Source: Bacteroidota bacterium (lineage in GTDB: Bacteria > Bacteroidota > Ignavibacteria > SZUA-365). From it: a stretch of DNA of 64,000 nucleotides. The notes beneath the pieces were generated by a model. The model was not told the origin of the DNA and did no database searches. It saw only the letters and a list, made by a program, of their open reading frames with translations. Within the stretch, counting starts at the first letter, position 1. Each line of letters starts with the position of its first letter. Location: NCBI GenBank assembly GCA_003246455.1, contig QKAF01000009.1, positions 85,395-149,394 of the forward strand. Reading direction: 5' to 3'. Below are positions 1 to 10,152 of the stretch, one piece after another. Both the position numbers and the translations under genes were made by a program.

Positions 1-108
1 CTGCTGCCCAAAACTGGGCTGGGCGTGGGCAGTTTGCGCAACGGCAATAATGAATAATGCCAGCGCACAATGCAGCAAATGGCTGCGAACGGTCAGATAT
101 TTATTCAT
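1..108 (-). CDS. Partial CDS (5' end only): N-terminal signal peptide of a secreted protein that runs off the window start
   Basis: Minus-strand ATG at 106-108 gives MNKYLTVRSHLLHCALALFIIAVAQTAHAQ…, a typical signal peptide ending AHA-Q. The rest of the gene lies upstream of the window. Confidence 0.4.
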   Translation of the reverse strand, partial: MNKYLTVRSHLLHCALALFIIAVAQTAHAQPSFGQQ

Positions 109-445
109 GTGAAGCCTTCTTATTTGTTTGAATACGTTGCTACCGTACCCTCCGGTCAGGCAGATGGTGTGTTTCTTTTTTTACCATGATTGTTATCCAA
201 GATAGTCGGATTGCCAACAATCACAAGTAATTAGTCTAAATAAATACATCCGTCCTGCTGCCGCCCACTGCGTCCACAACAACGTTCCCCCCTCCGCATC
301 ACGGGGGTTTTCTGGTATTGCCCGGGTAGGGACCGGGAGCAATGGCGCGGGGGGAGGACGGTATCGCCGGGTTGTTCCTTGCCGCGGAGGCGCGTACTTT
401 TCTTTTTGTGACAGATTTTTTCATTCCACAGGACGGCACTCCCTC

Positions 446-2737
446 ATGGCAAAATCGGCAGCCCGGCGCGGCAAAGCGGCGAACAAGGAACAACCGGCAG
501 CGTCACACAGGCGCATGGAAACATCACCACTGCCGCCGGCCTCCTTTCGCTGGACCGCCGGTGCCCTCTTCGCAGGACTGGCGCTGCTGCGCCTGGCGGC
601 GGACCGGTTTCCCGAGGCGCGCCTGTGGGGACTGTCTTTCCCGGGCTACCTGCCTTCCTGGATGGAACTTCTGATCGCATTCTTCGGTCTGCTCCTCGCG
701 TCGCCCGCCCTGTATGGATTGTTTCGATGGAAGGCCGATTTCCTTACGCGCATGCCGCCGTTCCTGGTTTCGATCCTGGCAGCCGCGGGCGGCGGAACGC
801 TTTTCTGGCTCCTGCGCATGGATACTTTTTTCCTCGGGGACGGTGCATCATACCTCGCCGAACATTTCCGCTGGGTACGGGGACTGTCGATCTCCGAGGA
901 TGTGCTGTTCTCTCCGGGCTCCGCTCCGCTGACCGCATGGATCCTCGCCAAAGGCGCCGTGCTGTTTTTCGACACCGCACACGCCGGGGCGATCACCGCT
1001 CAGCCGCAGTTCATCTTCCAGCTGACTGCCATCGTCGCCGGTGCGGTGTTCCTGTTCGTCGTCACCTATTCTTCTCTTCGCCGGGATGAGGATACGTCCC
1101 TGCGGATCGGCCGCATCGTCCTGCTTGCCGCCACACCCGGGTTCCTGTTCTTCTTCGGGTACGTGGAGTACTACACCCTGTATTTCACTGCGCTGGCGGC
1201 ATTTTTCATCGCCAGCGTCGCCTGCGCGGAAGGCCGCCTCTCGCCCGTGTGGATGATCGCGGCGTTCATTCTGAGCGCGGCGCTGCACATCATGACGCTC
1301 GTAACGCTGCCCGGACTGGCGCTCGCCCTTGCCTCCCGCGGCGGCGAACCCCTTCGCGGGCTCGTCCGCACGCGCACGCTGCTCGCCGGCGCCGCGGCCG
1401 CGCTGCTGCTTGGCGGCGTGTACTATTTCGCCTCGGGCATTTCCTCGGAGGGCAGCCGCACGATTCTTGCGCTGCAGCCTTTCGGCGAGGAGGGCGCCGT
1501 ACAGCACTATACGCTGCTTTCGGCGGCACATCTCGGTGACGTGCTCAACATGCTGCTTCTTGCGGCCGGACCCGCGCTGCTTCTGCTGGTATTGCTCCGG
1601 CGCCGGGGGACGGCCCTGCGGCCGCAGGACGTCGTCGCGCTTTCACATGTCCTGTTCACCGGCTTCCTGCTTTTCTTCGGCTACACCTGTTTCGGAATGG
1701 CGCGCGACTGGGATGTCAACGCGGGCTTCGGTGTCGCAGTGTCGCTTCTCGCGATCACCCTGCTGACGCGGCAGGAGGAAAGCCCCGCCCGATCGTATCT
1801 CGCGTATCTCGCATCCGGCGCGGCCATCGTCGCCGTCCTCCCCTGGCTGGCGGTGAACATTGACAGCGGAATGTCTGAACACCGATTCAGAGACATCATG
1901 GCACTGGATGATCGGAATGTCACCGGCGATTTCGCGCTCAACGGCTACGAACATCTGCGCAAGCATTATCAGCGCAACGGCGACACGGAACGCGAAGCCT
2001 GGGCGATCATGAAAAAGGTGGAGATGGTCGGCTACCCGGGCGATTTCCGCAAACTGCTGCGAAGCGTCACGATGAACGTGCCTGCCGCGGACCAGCAGCG
2101 ATACATGGATTTCGTCTTCGATGCGCTGAACGAAAAATTCAGGGAGATGTCCCGTCGTGGCAGCGATTCGCTCTACGCGGGGACGAAAAACGAATACGCG
2201 GAAGTCGCCGTGGAAGCGCTGCTGCAGCTGCCGCAGCTCCGGGGATTCGCGAACAGACAGGATGCCTATTTCGACATGCAGATGCAGCGCCTGTCCGAAC
2301 TGCTGCCCGGGCATCCGCTGCTCATCATGGTACGAGAGGATTACCGGTATGAACGCGGCGGGGAGTATCACGATCCCGCGCCGTTCATCAACGCCCTGCC
2401 CTACATTCGAAGCAGCAGCCTCATCGCATCGCGCGCGGGCCGTGCGCTCATCATGACGGATCGCAGACCGGAGGCGGCGATGGTGCTGCAGCGCGCGATG
2501 GAAATTGACACGACCTTCAGCCTGCCGCATTTCCTGCTGGGGTACATCGCCGCGACCGACAATCCTCCTCGTCCCGCGGATGCGATCTCGCATTTCGAAT
2601 CGTTCATCGCGCATCCGGAAGGGCATCAGCTCGGTGATGACGCCGCGGGACAGCGCCTCATCGGCCAGGCGCGCGACATGATTTCACGGATGATGAACCT
2701 TCAGCAGCAGAGTTCCCGTTCGCGATCCGGCGGATAG
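446..2737 (+). CDS. Polytopic membrane protein with a C-terminal soluble TPR-like domain (PMT/ArnT-fold glycosyltransferase-like, possibly DUF2723-type)
   Basis: 763-aa ORF. The N-terminal ~500 aa contain many hydrophobic helices (for example LIAFFGLLLASPALYGLF, FIFQLTAIVAGAVFLFVV). The C-terminal ~250 aa are hydrophilic with TPR-like helical repeats. The family assignment comes from architecture only. Confidence 0.55.
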   Translation: MAKSAARRGKAANKEQPAASHRRMETSPLPPASFRWTAGALFAGLALLRLAADRFPEARLWGLSFPGYLPSWMELLIAFFGLLLASPALYGLFRWKADFLTRMPPFLVSILAAAGGGTLFWLLRMDTFFLGDGASYLAEHFRWVRGLSISEDVLFSPGSAPLTAWILAKGAVLFFDTAHAGAITAQPQFIFQLTAIVAGAVFLFVVTYSSLRRDEDTSLRIGRIVLLAATPGFLFFFGYVEYYTLYFTALAAFFIASVACAEGRLSPVWMIAAFILSAALHIMTLVTLPGLALALASRGGEPLRGLVRTRTLLAGAAAALLLGGVYYFASGISSEGSRTILALQPFGEEGAVQHYTLLSAAHLGDVLNMLLLAAGPALLLLVLLRRRGTALRPQDVVALSHVLFTGFLLFFGYTCFGMARDWDVNAGFGVAVSLLAITLLTRQEESPARSYLAYLASGAAIVAVLPWLAVNIDSGMSEHRFRDIMALDDRNVTGDFALNGYEHLRKHYQRNGDTEREAWAIMKKVEMVGYPGDFRKLLRSVTMNVPAADQQRYMDFVFDALNEKFREMSRRGSDSLYAGTKNEYAEVAVEALLQLPQLRGFANRQDAYFDMQMQRLSELLPGHPLLIMVREDYRYERGGEYHDPAPFINALPYIRSSSLIASRAGRALIMTDRRPEAAMVLQRAMEIDTTFSLPHFLLGYIAATDNPPRPADAISHFESFIAHPEGHQLGDDAAGQRLIGQARDMISRMMNLQQQSSRSRSGG

Positions 2738-3051
2738 TACCGCTTTTTCGCACTGCCTCATCTTCAGGTCATGGAACGGTTATCCCCTCGACACTGTTGT
2801 CGGGATATCGAGTCGTTCCATGACACTTCCAACGCAACACACTGCAGTACCCCACCCGCGTGGAAACACACGGCTGCGATGCCGCACACGCGCGCCGCTG
2901 CAGGCCCCCTGTAAAGACTGTCAGCCGGACAGCCGGACCGGGAGTTCCGTACCGATCCCGCTTCCCGCAATACCCCTTTCCCGTTCGCACGCACCGGGGA
3001 CATTCGCCGATGCGCACGGGAACATTCTCCACTGTACTTCGGGAGAAAATC

Positions 3052-5511
3052 ATGAATACCGCATCAGCATCCGCGGGGAACGCGATTCGCGACCCGCAGG
3101 AAGTCCTGCGCGACCTCCACAGTACCCCGGAAGGGCTCACCGCCGACGAGGTCACGCGCCGGCGTGAGCGGGACGGATACAACGAGCTTCCCGAGAAAAA
3201 GGACAACCCCATCCTTGTTTTCCTGCGATACTTCTGGGGACCCATTCCGTGGATGATCGAGATCGCGACCGTTCTTTCCGCGATCGTCGGTCACTGGGCG
3301 GATTTTGTCATCATTCTCGTCCTCCTGTTCATGAACGGCATCGTCGGATTCTGGGAGGAATTCCAGGCCGGCAACGCCATCGCGGCGCTGAAGGCCCGGC
3401 TGGCGCTCAACGCCCGTGTTCGACGAAACGGCACATGGGCCAGCATCCCGGCGCGGGAGCTGGTCACGGGAGATATCATACGACTGCGCCTCGGGGATAT
3501 CATCCCGGCAGACGCGGTACTGCTGGAAGGCGATGACGTCGAGGTCGACCAGTCGGCCCTGACGGGAGAATCCCTGCCGGTCACGCATTCCCCCGGCGAG
3601 GTAGTATTCTCGGGTTCGGTCATGCGAAAGGGGGAAGTCGAGGCGGTGGTGAGCGCGACAGGCGTCCGGACGTTCTTCGGCCGGACGGCGAAACTGGTCG
3701 AGGACGCGCACACGCAGAGCCATTTCCAGAAAGCCGTTCTGAAGATCGGCGATTACCTCATCATCGTCGCCATCGTTCTCGTCGTGCTCATTTTCTCCGT
3801 GGCCCTGTTCCGCGGCGAGTCCATTCTCGCGACGCTGCAGTTTGCACTCATCCTCACCATCGCCGCCGTTCCCGTGGCGCTGCCTGCCGTGATGTCGGTG
3901 ACGATGGCCGTCGGCGCCCGGCTGCTGTCAAAGAAGAATGCGCTGGTCAGTCGACTTTCCTCCATCGAGGAACTCGCGGGCACGGATGTCCTATGCTCCG
4001 ATAAAACCGGTACGCTCACGAAAAACGAGCTCTCCCTCGGCGACCCCGCGTGTATCGGGGATGCCACGCCGGAAGAGACGGTGCTTGCCGCCGCCCTTTC
4101 GTCGCGCGAGGAGGACCAGGATGCCATCGATATGGCCGTGATCGGGGGCGTCCACGACCGCGGTGCGCTTGCACGCTGCACGATCAGGAAATTCACGCCC
4201 TTCGACCCCGTGCATAAGCGCACCGAGGCCGAGGTCGAAGACGATGAAGGCCGGCGTTTCCGCGTCAGCAAAGGGGCTCCGCAGGTCATCCTCGCGCTCG
4301 TCCCGGATGCGGATGCCATCCGCCCGCAGGTCGAAAGCATTGTCAATGCCTTCGCCGCCCGCGGTTTCCGTTCTCTCGGCGTCGCGCGCGCGGACGGTGA
4401 CGGCGCGTTCCGATTCCTCGGGATTCTCCCGCTCTACGATCCACCGCGGGACGATTCGCGCGACACCATCGCCACGGCGGCGGATATGGGTATCGATGTG
4501 AAGATGGTCACCGGAGATCAGATCGCGATCGCGCGGGAGATCGCCGGGCAGCTCGGGATGAAAAAAAACATCATGGACGCCCGCATCCTCGAGGAGGCAA
4601 AAACGCATGAGGCGGGAGAACTGGCGGAACGCATCGAGCACATCGACGGGTTCGCCCAGGTGTTCCCCGAGCACAAGTACCATATCATCGAGTCGCTGCA
4701 GCAGCGCGGACACATCGTGGCTATGACCGGTGACGGCGTCAATGACGCTCCCGCACTGAAAAAAGCCGATGCCGGCATCGCCGTATCCGGCGCGACCGAC
4801 GCCGCACGATCGGCGGCAGACATCGTGCTGATGACACCCGGGCTCTCGGTCATCATCGACGCGATCCGCGAGAGCCGGAAGATCTTCCAGCGCATGAACA
4901 GCTATGCCATCTACCGTATCGCGGAGACATTTCGCGTCCTGCTTTTCATGACGCTGTCCATCCTGGTATTCAACTTCTACCCCGTGACCGCGATCATGAT
5001 CGTATTTCTCGCCCTGCTGAACGACGGGCCGATTCTCGCCATCGCGTACGACAACGTACGTCCGGGAGCGCGGCCGGAGCGCTGGGACATGCCCATGGTC
5101 ATGGCGATATCCAGCGTGCTCGGGCTCGCGGGCGTGATCGCCTCCTTCGGACTTTTCTTCATCGCGGAACGCGTCATGCACCTGGACGCGGCGGTCATCC
5201 AGACCTTCATGTTCCTGAAGCTTGCGGTCGCTGGTCACCTGACGGTATTCGTGACACGGACCCGCGGACCGTTCTGGTCGTCGAGACCCTCGCCGGTGCT
5301 GTTCTGGTCGGCGGTCCTCACGAAGATTCTCGCGACGCTTGCGGCGGTCTACGGATTCTTCATGACACCGATCGGCTGGGAACTGTCCCTGATCATATGG
5401 GGGTATGCGATCGTGTGGTTCTTCCTCAACGACCGCATCAAACTCGTCGCGTATCGCATCTTCGAACACTCCGGCTCCTGGCTGTTCGCCAGGCACCCAT
5501 CCACACATTAA
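3052..5511 (+). CDS. P-type ATPase, plasma-membrane H+-ATPase (P3A) type
   Basis: DKTGTLT phosphorylation motif and TGDGVNDAPALKKADAGIAV hinge motif are present. Blocks such as GDIIPADA-LLEGD, DQSALTGESLPV, FDPPRDDS and FPEHKY closely match plant/fungal AHA/PMA1 H+-ATPases. ATG at 3052 is preceded by GGGAGAAAA. The ORF upstream of 3052 is low-complexity and probably not coding. Confidence 0.9.
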   Translation: MNTASASAGNAIRDPQEVLRDLHSTPEGLTADEVTRRRERDGYNELPEKKDNPILVFLRYFWGPIPWMIEIATVLSAIVGHWADFVIILVLLFMNGIVGFWEEFQAGNAIAALKARLALNARVRRNGTWASIPARELVTGDIIRLRLGDIIPADAVLLEGDDVEVDQSALTGESLPVTHSPGEVVFSGSVMRKGEVEAVVSATGVRTFFGRTAKLVEDAHTQSHFQKAVLKIGDYLIIVAIVLVVLIFSVALFRGESILATLQFALILTIAAVPVALPAVMSVTMAVGARLLSKKNALVSRLSSIEELAGTDVLCSDKTGTLTKNELSLGDPACIGDATPEETVLAAALSSREEDQDAIDMAVIGGVHDRGALARCTIRKFTPFDPVHKRTEAEVEDDEGRRFRVSKGAPQVILALVPDADAIRPQVESIVNAFAARGFRSLGVARADGDGAFRFLGILPLYDPPRDDSRDTIATAADMGIDVKMVTGDQIAIAREIAGQLGMKKNIMDARILEEAKTHEAGELAERIEHIDGFAQVFPEHKYHIIESLQQRGHIVAMTGDGVNDAPALKKADAGIAVSGATDAARSAADIVLMTPGLSVIIDAIRESRKIFQRMNSYAIYRIAETFRVLLFMTLSILVFNFYPVTAIMIVFLALLNDGPILAIAYDNVRPGARPERWDMPMVMAISSVLGLAGVIASFGLFFIAERVMHLDAAVIQTFMFLKLAVAGHLTVFVTRTRGPFWSSRPSPVLFWSAVLTKILATLAAVYGFFMTPIGWELSLIIWGYAIVWFFLNDRIKLVAYRIFEHSGSWLFARHPSTH

Positions 5512-5522
5512 GGAGTTCGTCA

Positions 5523-6049
5523 TGGCATCGAATAGCAGTCCGGCACAACTGAACGAAGAACAGCGGGAACGCATCCCCGCCCTCATCAGGGATCTCGGCA
5601 GCAGGCAATGGCAGAAGCGGCAGTCGGCTCGCATCGCCCTCGCTGAAATGGGACGACCGGCGGTGGATTTCCTGGCGGAACTGATCGAGCATCCCGCGCA
5701 TGTCTACCGATGGGAGTGCCTCAAAACGCTTGTTCAGATCGCCGATCCCAATGCCCTGGAGCTGTTTCTGCTGGCACTCGAGGACGAAAATTTCGACATC
5801 CGCTGGCTGGCTGCGGAGGGACTGATAAAACTCGGTCCTTCCGCCGCGGTCCCGATGCTCGAATACCTCATGGCGAACATGAGCTCGGAGGCTGTCCGCG
5901 ACGGAGCGCGTCATGTGCTGAAAGCGCTGCGGCATAAGCTGAAAGGGAAAAAAGAGCTCGACGAGCTGATCACCGCGCTGCAGCATACCACCGACGCCGG
6001 CAGCATCAGCATGCGAAGCTATACGCTGCTTCGCCGCCTGCAGTCCTGA
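5523..6049 (+). CDS. HEAT/PBS-lyase-type repeat protein
   Basis: ATG at 5523 follows AAGGAG at 5511-5516. Repeated helical units (LGSRQWQKRQSARIALAEMG…, ENFDIRWLAAEGLIKLG…) are typical of HEAT repeats. It lies 12 bp downstream of the ATPase gene. Confidence 0.7.
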
Positions 6050-6109
6050 GCCGCACTCCGTGTGCGGCCCGGTGCCCGTGTCTGCGTCCATGGACAGCCG
6101 GACGCAGCA
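6050..6109 (+). terminator. Two stem-loops immediately after the HEAT-repeat gene stop (putative terminator region)
   Basis: GCCGCAC-TCCGT-GTGCGGC at 6050-6068 and TCTGCGTCC…GGACGCAG at 6081-6108. There is no clear U-tract. Confidence 0.35.
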
Positions 6110-6330
6110 GTGTTCCCCGCACGCGCTTGCGCCTGACCGGAAAAATGAATAATGTCCGGACGTCATTCTGAAGTATCCGCTTTCATAAGAGTGCAGCCCG
6201 CGTACTCTGCAGGATTGTGACACCGCAGTACCCGCAGTGATGCCGCACGGCCTTGCTCTCTTGCGAGATCCACCGTGACCGTTTTCGTCTGACCTTCCAC
6301 TCCTTTTCATAGAACAGGCCGGAAATCGTC

Positions 6331-7125
6331 ATGAAAACCATCGTCGCCATATTCCTGTTCATGCTGTTCCCACTCACCGTGTCGGCACAGATTCTTTATA
6401 CCGACATTTCACCGGACACGCTCCTCGCCGACGACAACATCACCCCCGGGCAATACCAGCTCGATCTTGACAGCGACGGCAGCGTCGACTTTTTCTTCAT
6501 GCATTTCTTCTATCCCGTACCGGTGTATGTCCTCTCGATATACACCCAGTACAACCAGCCGCACGAGATTCTCGTCGATATGGACAACCGCGTCACCGCC
6601 CTCGAGCGCGGAGACCAGATCGACGAGTCCCGGACCACCTGGCTATGCACCGCTGAAGGGGGACAGAGTGCCGGTCTTTCCTTCGCATCGGGATGGCGGG
6701 GAACCGGGGACCGGTTCATCGGACTGCGCGTCTTCGACGGACAGGGCTGGCGTTATGGCTGGCTCCAGGCGCAGCTGCCTGCCGACGAGAGCTGGATCCT
6801 GCTGAAGGCGTATGCCGTTCAGATGACTTCGGGGACGACCATCAACGCGGGCGACACCGGACTCAACAGCGTTCAGCAGCCCCCTGTCTCCTCCCGGCTC
6901 CGCATTCGCGTCGATGGCCGCTTCGTGGAAGTGGACGCGGAACGGCCCCGCATGCTGAACGTCACGGTGTACGACGTCATCGGGAACGCGCGCCTGCAGC
7001 GAAACACCTTCGGCGACCGAATGTCCGTCGACCTCTCCGCGCTTCCGCAGGGAGTCTATTTTCTCCGCGCACACGACGGAAGGGAGGTCAGCATCCAACG
7101 CCTGATGCTGTACGAACGGCGGTGA
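6331..7125 (+). CDS. Secreted protein with a T9SS C-terminal sorting domain; function unknown
   Basis: Signal peptide MKTIVAIFLFMLFPLTVSAQ. The C-terminal ~70 aa (…LNVTVYDVIGNARLQ…LPQGVYFLRAHDGREVSIQRLMLYERR) have the amphipathic beta-sandwich pattern of Por_Secre_tail domains. Confidence 0.65.
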   Translation: MKTIVAIFLFMLFPLTVSAQILYTDISPDTLLADDNITPGQYQLDLDSDGSVDFFFMHFFYPVPVYVLSIYTQYNQPHEILVDMDNRVTALERGDQIDESRTTWLCTAEGGQSAGLSFASGWRGTGDRFIGLRVFDGQGWRYGWLQAQLPADESWILLKAYAVQMTSGTTINAGDTGLNSVQQPPVSSRLRIRVDGRFVEVDAERPRMLNVTVYDVIGNARLQRNTFGDRMSVDLSALPQGVYFLRAHDGREVSIQRLMLYERR

Positions 7126-7350
7126 TCCGGCCGCGATTTCCCGCGATGCGGCTGCCTCATGCATCGGCCGGGGAACGCATGCCACCCTGACAAAATTGTA
7201 ATCCCCAGTTCAGATTTCCGAAAGATACGCGGACTAGATTGGGGTACACTCCCGGAACGCAACCGCGACCACGGGATCGACGTGGTGTTCCTTGAGGACC
7301 GTTCCGGTTCCTCACGGAACCCATGGCATACCCATTACATGGAGGCCAGA

Positions 7351-9990
7351 ATGCACCTTTCTCGTTACCCTGTGAAAAACCGCGCGGGGATCATAGCCAC
7401 GCTGACAATAGCGCTGCTGGCCTTCCTCTGCCTCGGGCAGCCCGTTACCGCGCAGCTCCACGGATCGTACACCATCGACGGCGCTGTCGCGACCGGCGGG
7501 ACGAACTACCAGACCTTCTCCGATGCGGCTGCGGATCTCGTGCTGCAGGGGCTCAGCGGTGATGTCACCTTCTCGGTGTCTCCGGGCCTGTACACCGAGT
7601 CCTTTACCATTCCCGCGCTCACGTACACGGGAACGTCGACGTACTGGTCGGTTCTTTTCGACGGCGGCGCAGGGAATGCGGCCAGCTGCGTGATTTCATA
7701 CGACATACCGGTCAACAACGAGGCGGTCATCACCCTCGACGGCGCGGATCATGTAACCTTCCGCAACCTTACCATCCGATCGACGAATGCCACGCACGGC
7801 ATCGGGGTTCTTTTCACGAATGCCGCGGATTACAACACGATTCTCGACTGCGCGATAGAACTGCCGGCATCGGGCAGCAGCACATACTGCTCGGGGATTC
7901 TTGCCAGCTCTAAAACCGTCTACTCCGGCACCGGGAATCACGGGAGCTACAATCGCGTGGAGAACAACACGATTACCGGCGGCTTCTACGGCGTCCGGTG
8001 GAACGGCTACGGCAGCGGCGATTTTGCCATTTCCCGCGGCAACCTCTTCATACGCAATACGATTACCGATTTCTATTATTCCGGTCTGTTTCTCTATTTT
8101 GGGGCCGCGGTCACGGCGCGCGGAAACCGTCTCATTGAAAGACCGGTTGCGTCACCGGGCAGCTACGCCGTCTACGCCTGGTACCTCAACGACGGCTCGG
8201 AGATCAGCGGCAACTACGGCCGTGCGCATACCAGCTTCTACGCGTTCAGACTCAACAACGCGTACGATGCCGGGAATCCAGGCAACCGCGCCCGCGTGTT
8301 CAACAACATGATGATTTCCGAGGGAAGCGGTACAATCTACGGTTTCAATCTCGAGTACCCCACCAACACCGACATCCTGTACAATTCCTGCGTCGCGCGC
8401 TCGACGACGGGAACGGTGTACGGATTCCGCAGCTATCGCGCCGCGACAGCGGGCGCGGGGACGGAGCTGCGTTTCCTCAACAACATTTTCAGCTGTTCCA
8501 CCAGCGGTGCGATATACGCCCTGCACGAAACGCCGTCAGGGGCGAACGCCTACAGCGCGTGCGACTACAATCTTTTCCACATGGACGGAAGCGGGACGCT
8601 GCACCGGTACCAGTGGGACGGCCTGACGTACGTGACGCTGCCCGACATGCAGACTGCCGTTCCGGGATTTCACCAGCACACGGCTGAGGCGGACCCGATG
8701 TGGGCCAGCAGTACGGATCTCCACAGTGCGTCGCCCGCTGTCACCGCTGCAGGAACCCCCGTTGCAGGCATCACCGATGACTATGACGGCGACAACCGCG
8801 GCGGCGTACCCTGCATCGGCGCCGATGAATTCGGCACCTGCACCATCACCTGTCCCGCGAACATCGTCGCGGACAACACGACGGGCGCCTGCGGTACGGT
8901 GGTCTCATTCGCTCCCGTCACAAGCGCCGGCTGCGGCCTCGTGAGCAGCACACCGCCCTCCGGATCCTTCTTCCCGGTCGGCTCCACCCCGGTCGTGTGC
9001 TCGACGGAGGCAGGTCCCCAGTGCACGTTCATGGTCACCGTCATCGACACGGAAGCACCGGTGATCGCGGCGCCGAACGTCCGCGCGACGACCGATCCGG
9101 GGCGATGCGACGCCGTCGTGAATTTCACCCCGACCGCCACCGACAACTGTTCCGGCGTCGGCGCAGTCACCTGCACTCCCCCGAGCGGATCGATTTTCCC
9201 GAAGGGCACGACCACTGTATTCTGTACCGTCACGGATGCGCACGGGAACGTCGCGTCGACCAGTTTCGACGTCACGGTCACCGACGCGGAAGCACCGATC
9301 ATTTCCCTGAATGCGCCCACCTCGATCTGGCCGCCGAATCGGAAGTACGTCACGGTTACCGTTGCACAGATGATCGCGGCCGTCACCGACAACTGCGATC
9401 TGCTGTCCGCCGCTGACGTCCGCATCGTAATGGCGACGAGCGACGAACCGGAGACCGGCGGCGGATCGGGAAACACGCTGGACGATATGGTCATCGCGCA
9501 GGACTGTCAGTCGATCGACCTGCGCAGTGAACGCGATGCCACCGAAAACGGCCGCGTTTACAGCGTCACGCTGCACGTCGCCGATCTCTCGGGCAATGCT
9601 GCGACCGCGGTGTACAAGGTATTCATACCGGCCAACAACAGCGGCGCGTGCGTGGAAGACCCGCCCGTGTATTCCGTCGCTTCCCAGTGCGGAGTGGCGA
9701 AAGCACGCGGCACGCGCTCGATCCCGGAAGGCCTTACGCTTGAGCAGAACTATCCGAATCCCTTCAACCCGAGCACGACGATCGTGTATTCCGTTCCTGC
9801 CGATGCGCGCGCCACGGTCCGCATCTTCGACAGCTACGGGCGCCTGGTCGAGACCCTGGCCGACGACGTCGTGACGGGCGGACGGCATTCCCTGATTTTC
9901 GATGCGCGCGACCTTCCCAGCGGAACGTACTTCTGCCGGCTCCAGGCCGACGGGCACGTACTGCAGCGGACGATGACGCTGATCAAGTAA
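7351..9990 (+). CDS. Large secreted right-handed beta-helix protein with HYR-like Ig domains and a T9SS C-terminal domain
   Basis: ATG at 7351 follows GGAGG. Signal peptide …LAFLCLGQPVTAQ. Repeated 'NNTITGGFYGV/NTITD' parallel-beta-helix motifs. Cys-rich ~80-aa repeats (CPANIVADNTTGACGTVVSF…, …NFTPTATDNCSGVGAVTCTPPSGS…) resemble HYR domains. The C-terminus LEQNYPNPFNPSTTIVYSVP… is the canonical T9SS CTD motif. Confidence 0.8.
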   Translation: MHLSRYPVKNRAGIIATLTIALLAFLCLGQPVTAQLHGSYTIDGAVATGGTNYQTFSDAAADLVLQGLSGDVTFSVSPGLYTESFTIPALTYTGTSTYWSVLFDGGAGNAASCVISYDIPVNNEAVITLDGADHVTFRNLTIRSTNATHGIGVLFTNAADYNTILDCAIELPASGSSTYCSGILASSKTVYSGTGNHGSYNRVENNTITGGFYGVRWNGYGSGDFAISRGNLFIRNTITDFYYSGLFLYFGAAVTARGNRLIERPVASPGSYAVYAWYLNDGSEISGNYGRAHTSFYAFRLNNAYDAGNPGNRARVFNNMMISEGSGTIYGFNLEYPTNTDILYNSCVARSTTGTVYGFRSYRAATAGAGTELRFLNNIFSCSTSGAIYALHETPSGANAYSACDYNLFHMDGSGTLHRYQWDGLTYVTLPDMQTAVPGFHQHTAEADPMWASSTDLHSASPAVTAAGTPVAGITDDYDGDNRGGVPCIGADEFGTCTITCPANIVADNTTGACGTVVSFAPVTSAGCGLVSSTPPSGSFFPVGSTPVVCSTEAGPQCTFMVTVIDTEAPVIAAPNVRATTDPGRCDAVVNFTPTATDNCSGVGAVTCTPPSGSIFPKGTTTVFCTVTDAHGNVASTSFDVTVTDAEAPIISLNAPTSIWPPNRKYVTVTVAQMIAAVTDNCDLLSAADVRIVMATSDEPETGGGSGNTLDDMVIAQDCQSIDLRSERDATENGRVYSVTLHVADLSGNAATAVYKVFIPANNSGACVEDPPVYSVASQCGVAKARGTRSIPEGLTLEQNYPNPFNPSTTIVYSVPADARATVRIFDSYGRLVETLADDVVTGGRHSLIFDARDLPSGTYFCRLQADGHVLQRTMTLIK

Positions 9991-10026
9991 TCCCGGGCTC
10001 CGGCAGGGACACCTGCCATTGAACGC

Positions 10027-10064
10027 GAAACGGCAATCACTGATGATTGCCGTTTCCATTTTAC
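10027..10064. terminator. Bidirectional stem-loop terminator between convergent genes
   Basis: GAAACGGCAATC-actgat-GATTGCCGTTTC (12-bp perfect stem) followed by CATTTTAC. It sits between the stop of the 7351-9990 gene and the stop of the 10153-11808 gene. Confidence 0.55.
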
Positions 10065-10152
10065 CGTCCCGCGTCCTCGCGCCGCACACGATTGCATGCC
10101 CTGCACCGCTTCATGCCGGATCGTGAATGACACACGCCGGCGGGATGCTCCA

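Noticed and set aside
299-2737. Many overlapping six-frame ORFs, for example 342-674, 848-1531 and 1643-2626 on the opposite strand or in other frames of the 446-2737 gene. The same pattern recurs throughout the window.
   Set aside because: They are low-complexity and Arg/Ala/Gly/Pro-rich, which is typical of off-frame translation of high-GC DNA. They are nested inside longer ORFs that have real domain content. I treated them as non-coding.
2860-3051. 5' extension of the P-type ATPase ORF (METHGCDAAH…)
   Set aside because: The sequence is Arg/Pro-rich and does not match the P-type ATPase N-terminus. A well-placed ATG at 3052 with a GGGAGA ribosome-binding site starts the conserved N-terminal region (…PQEVLRDLHSTPEGLT…).
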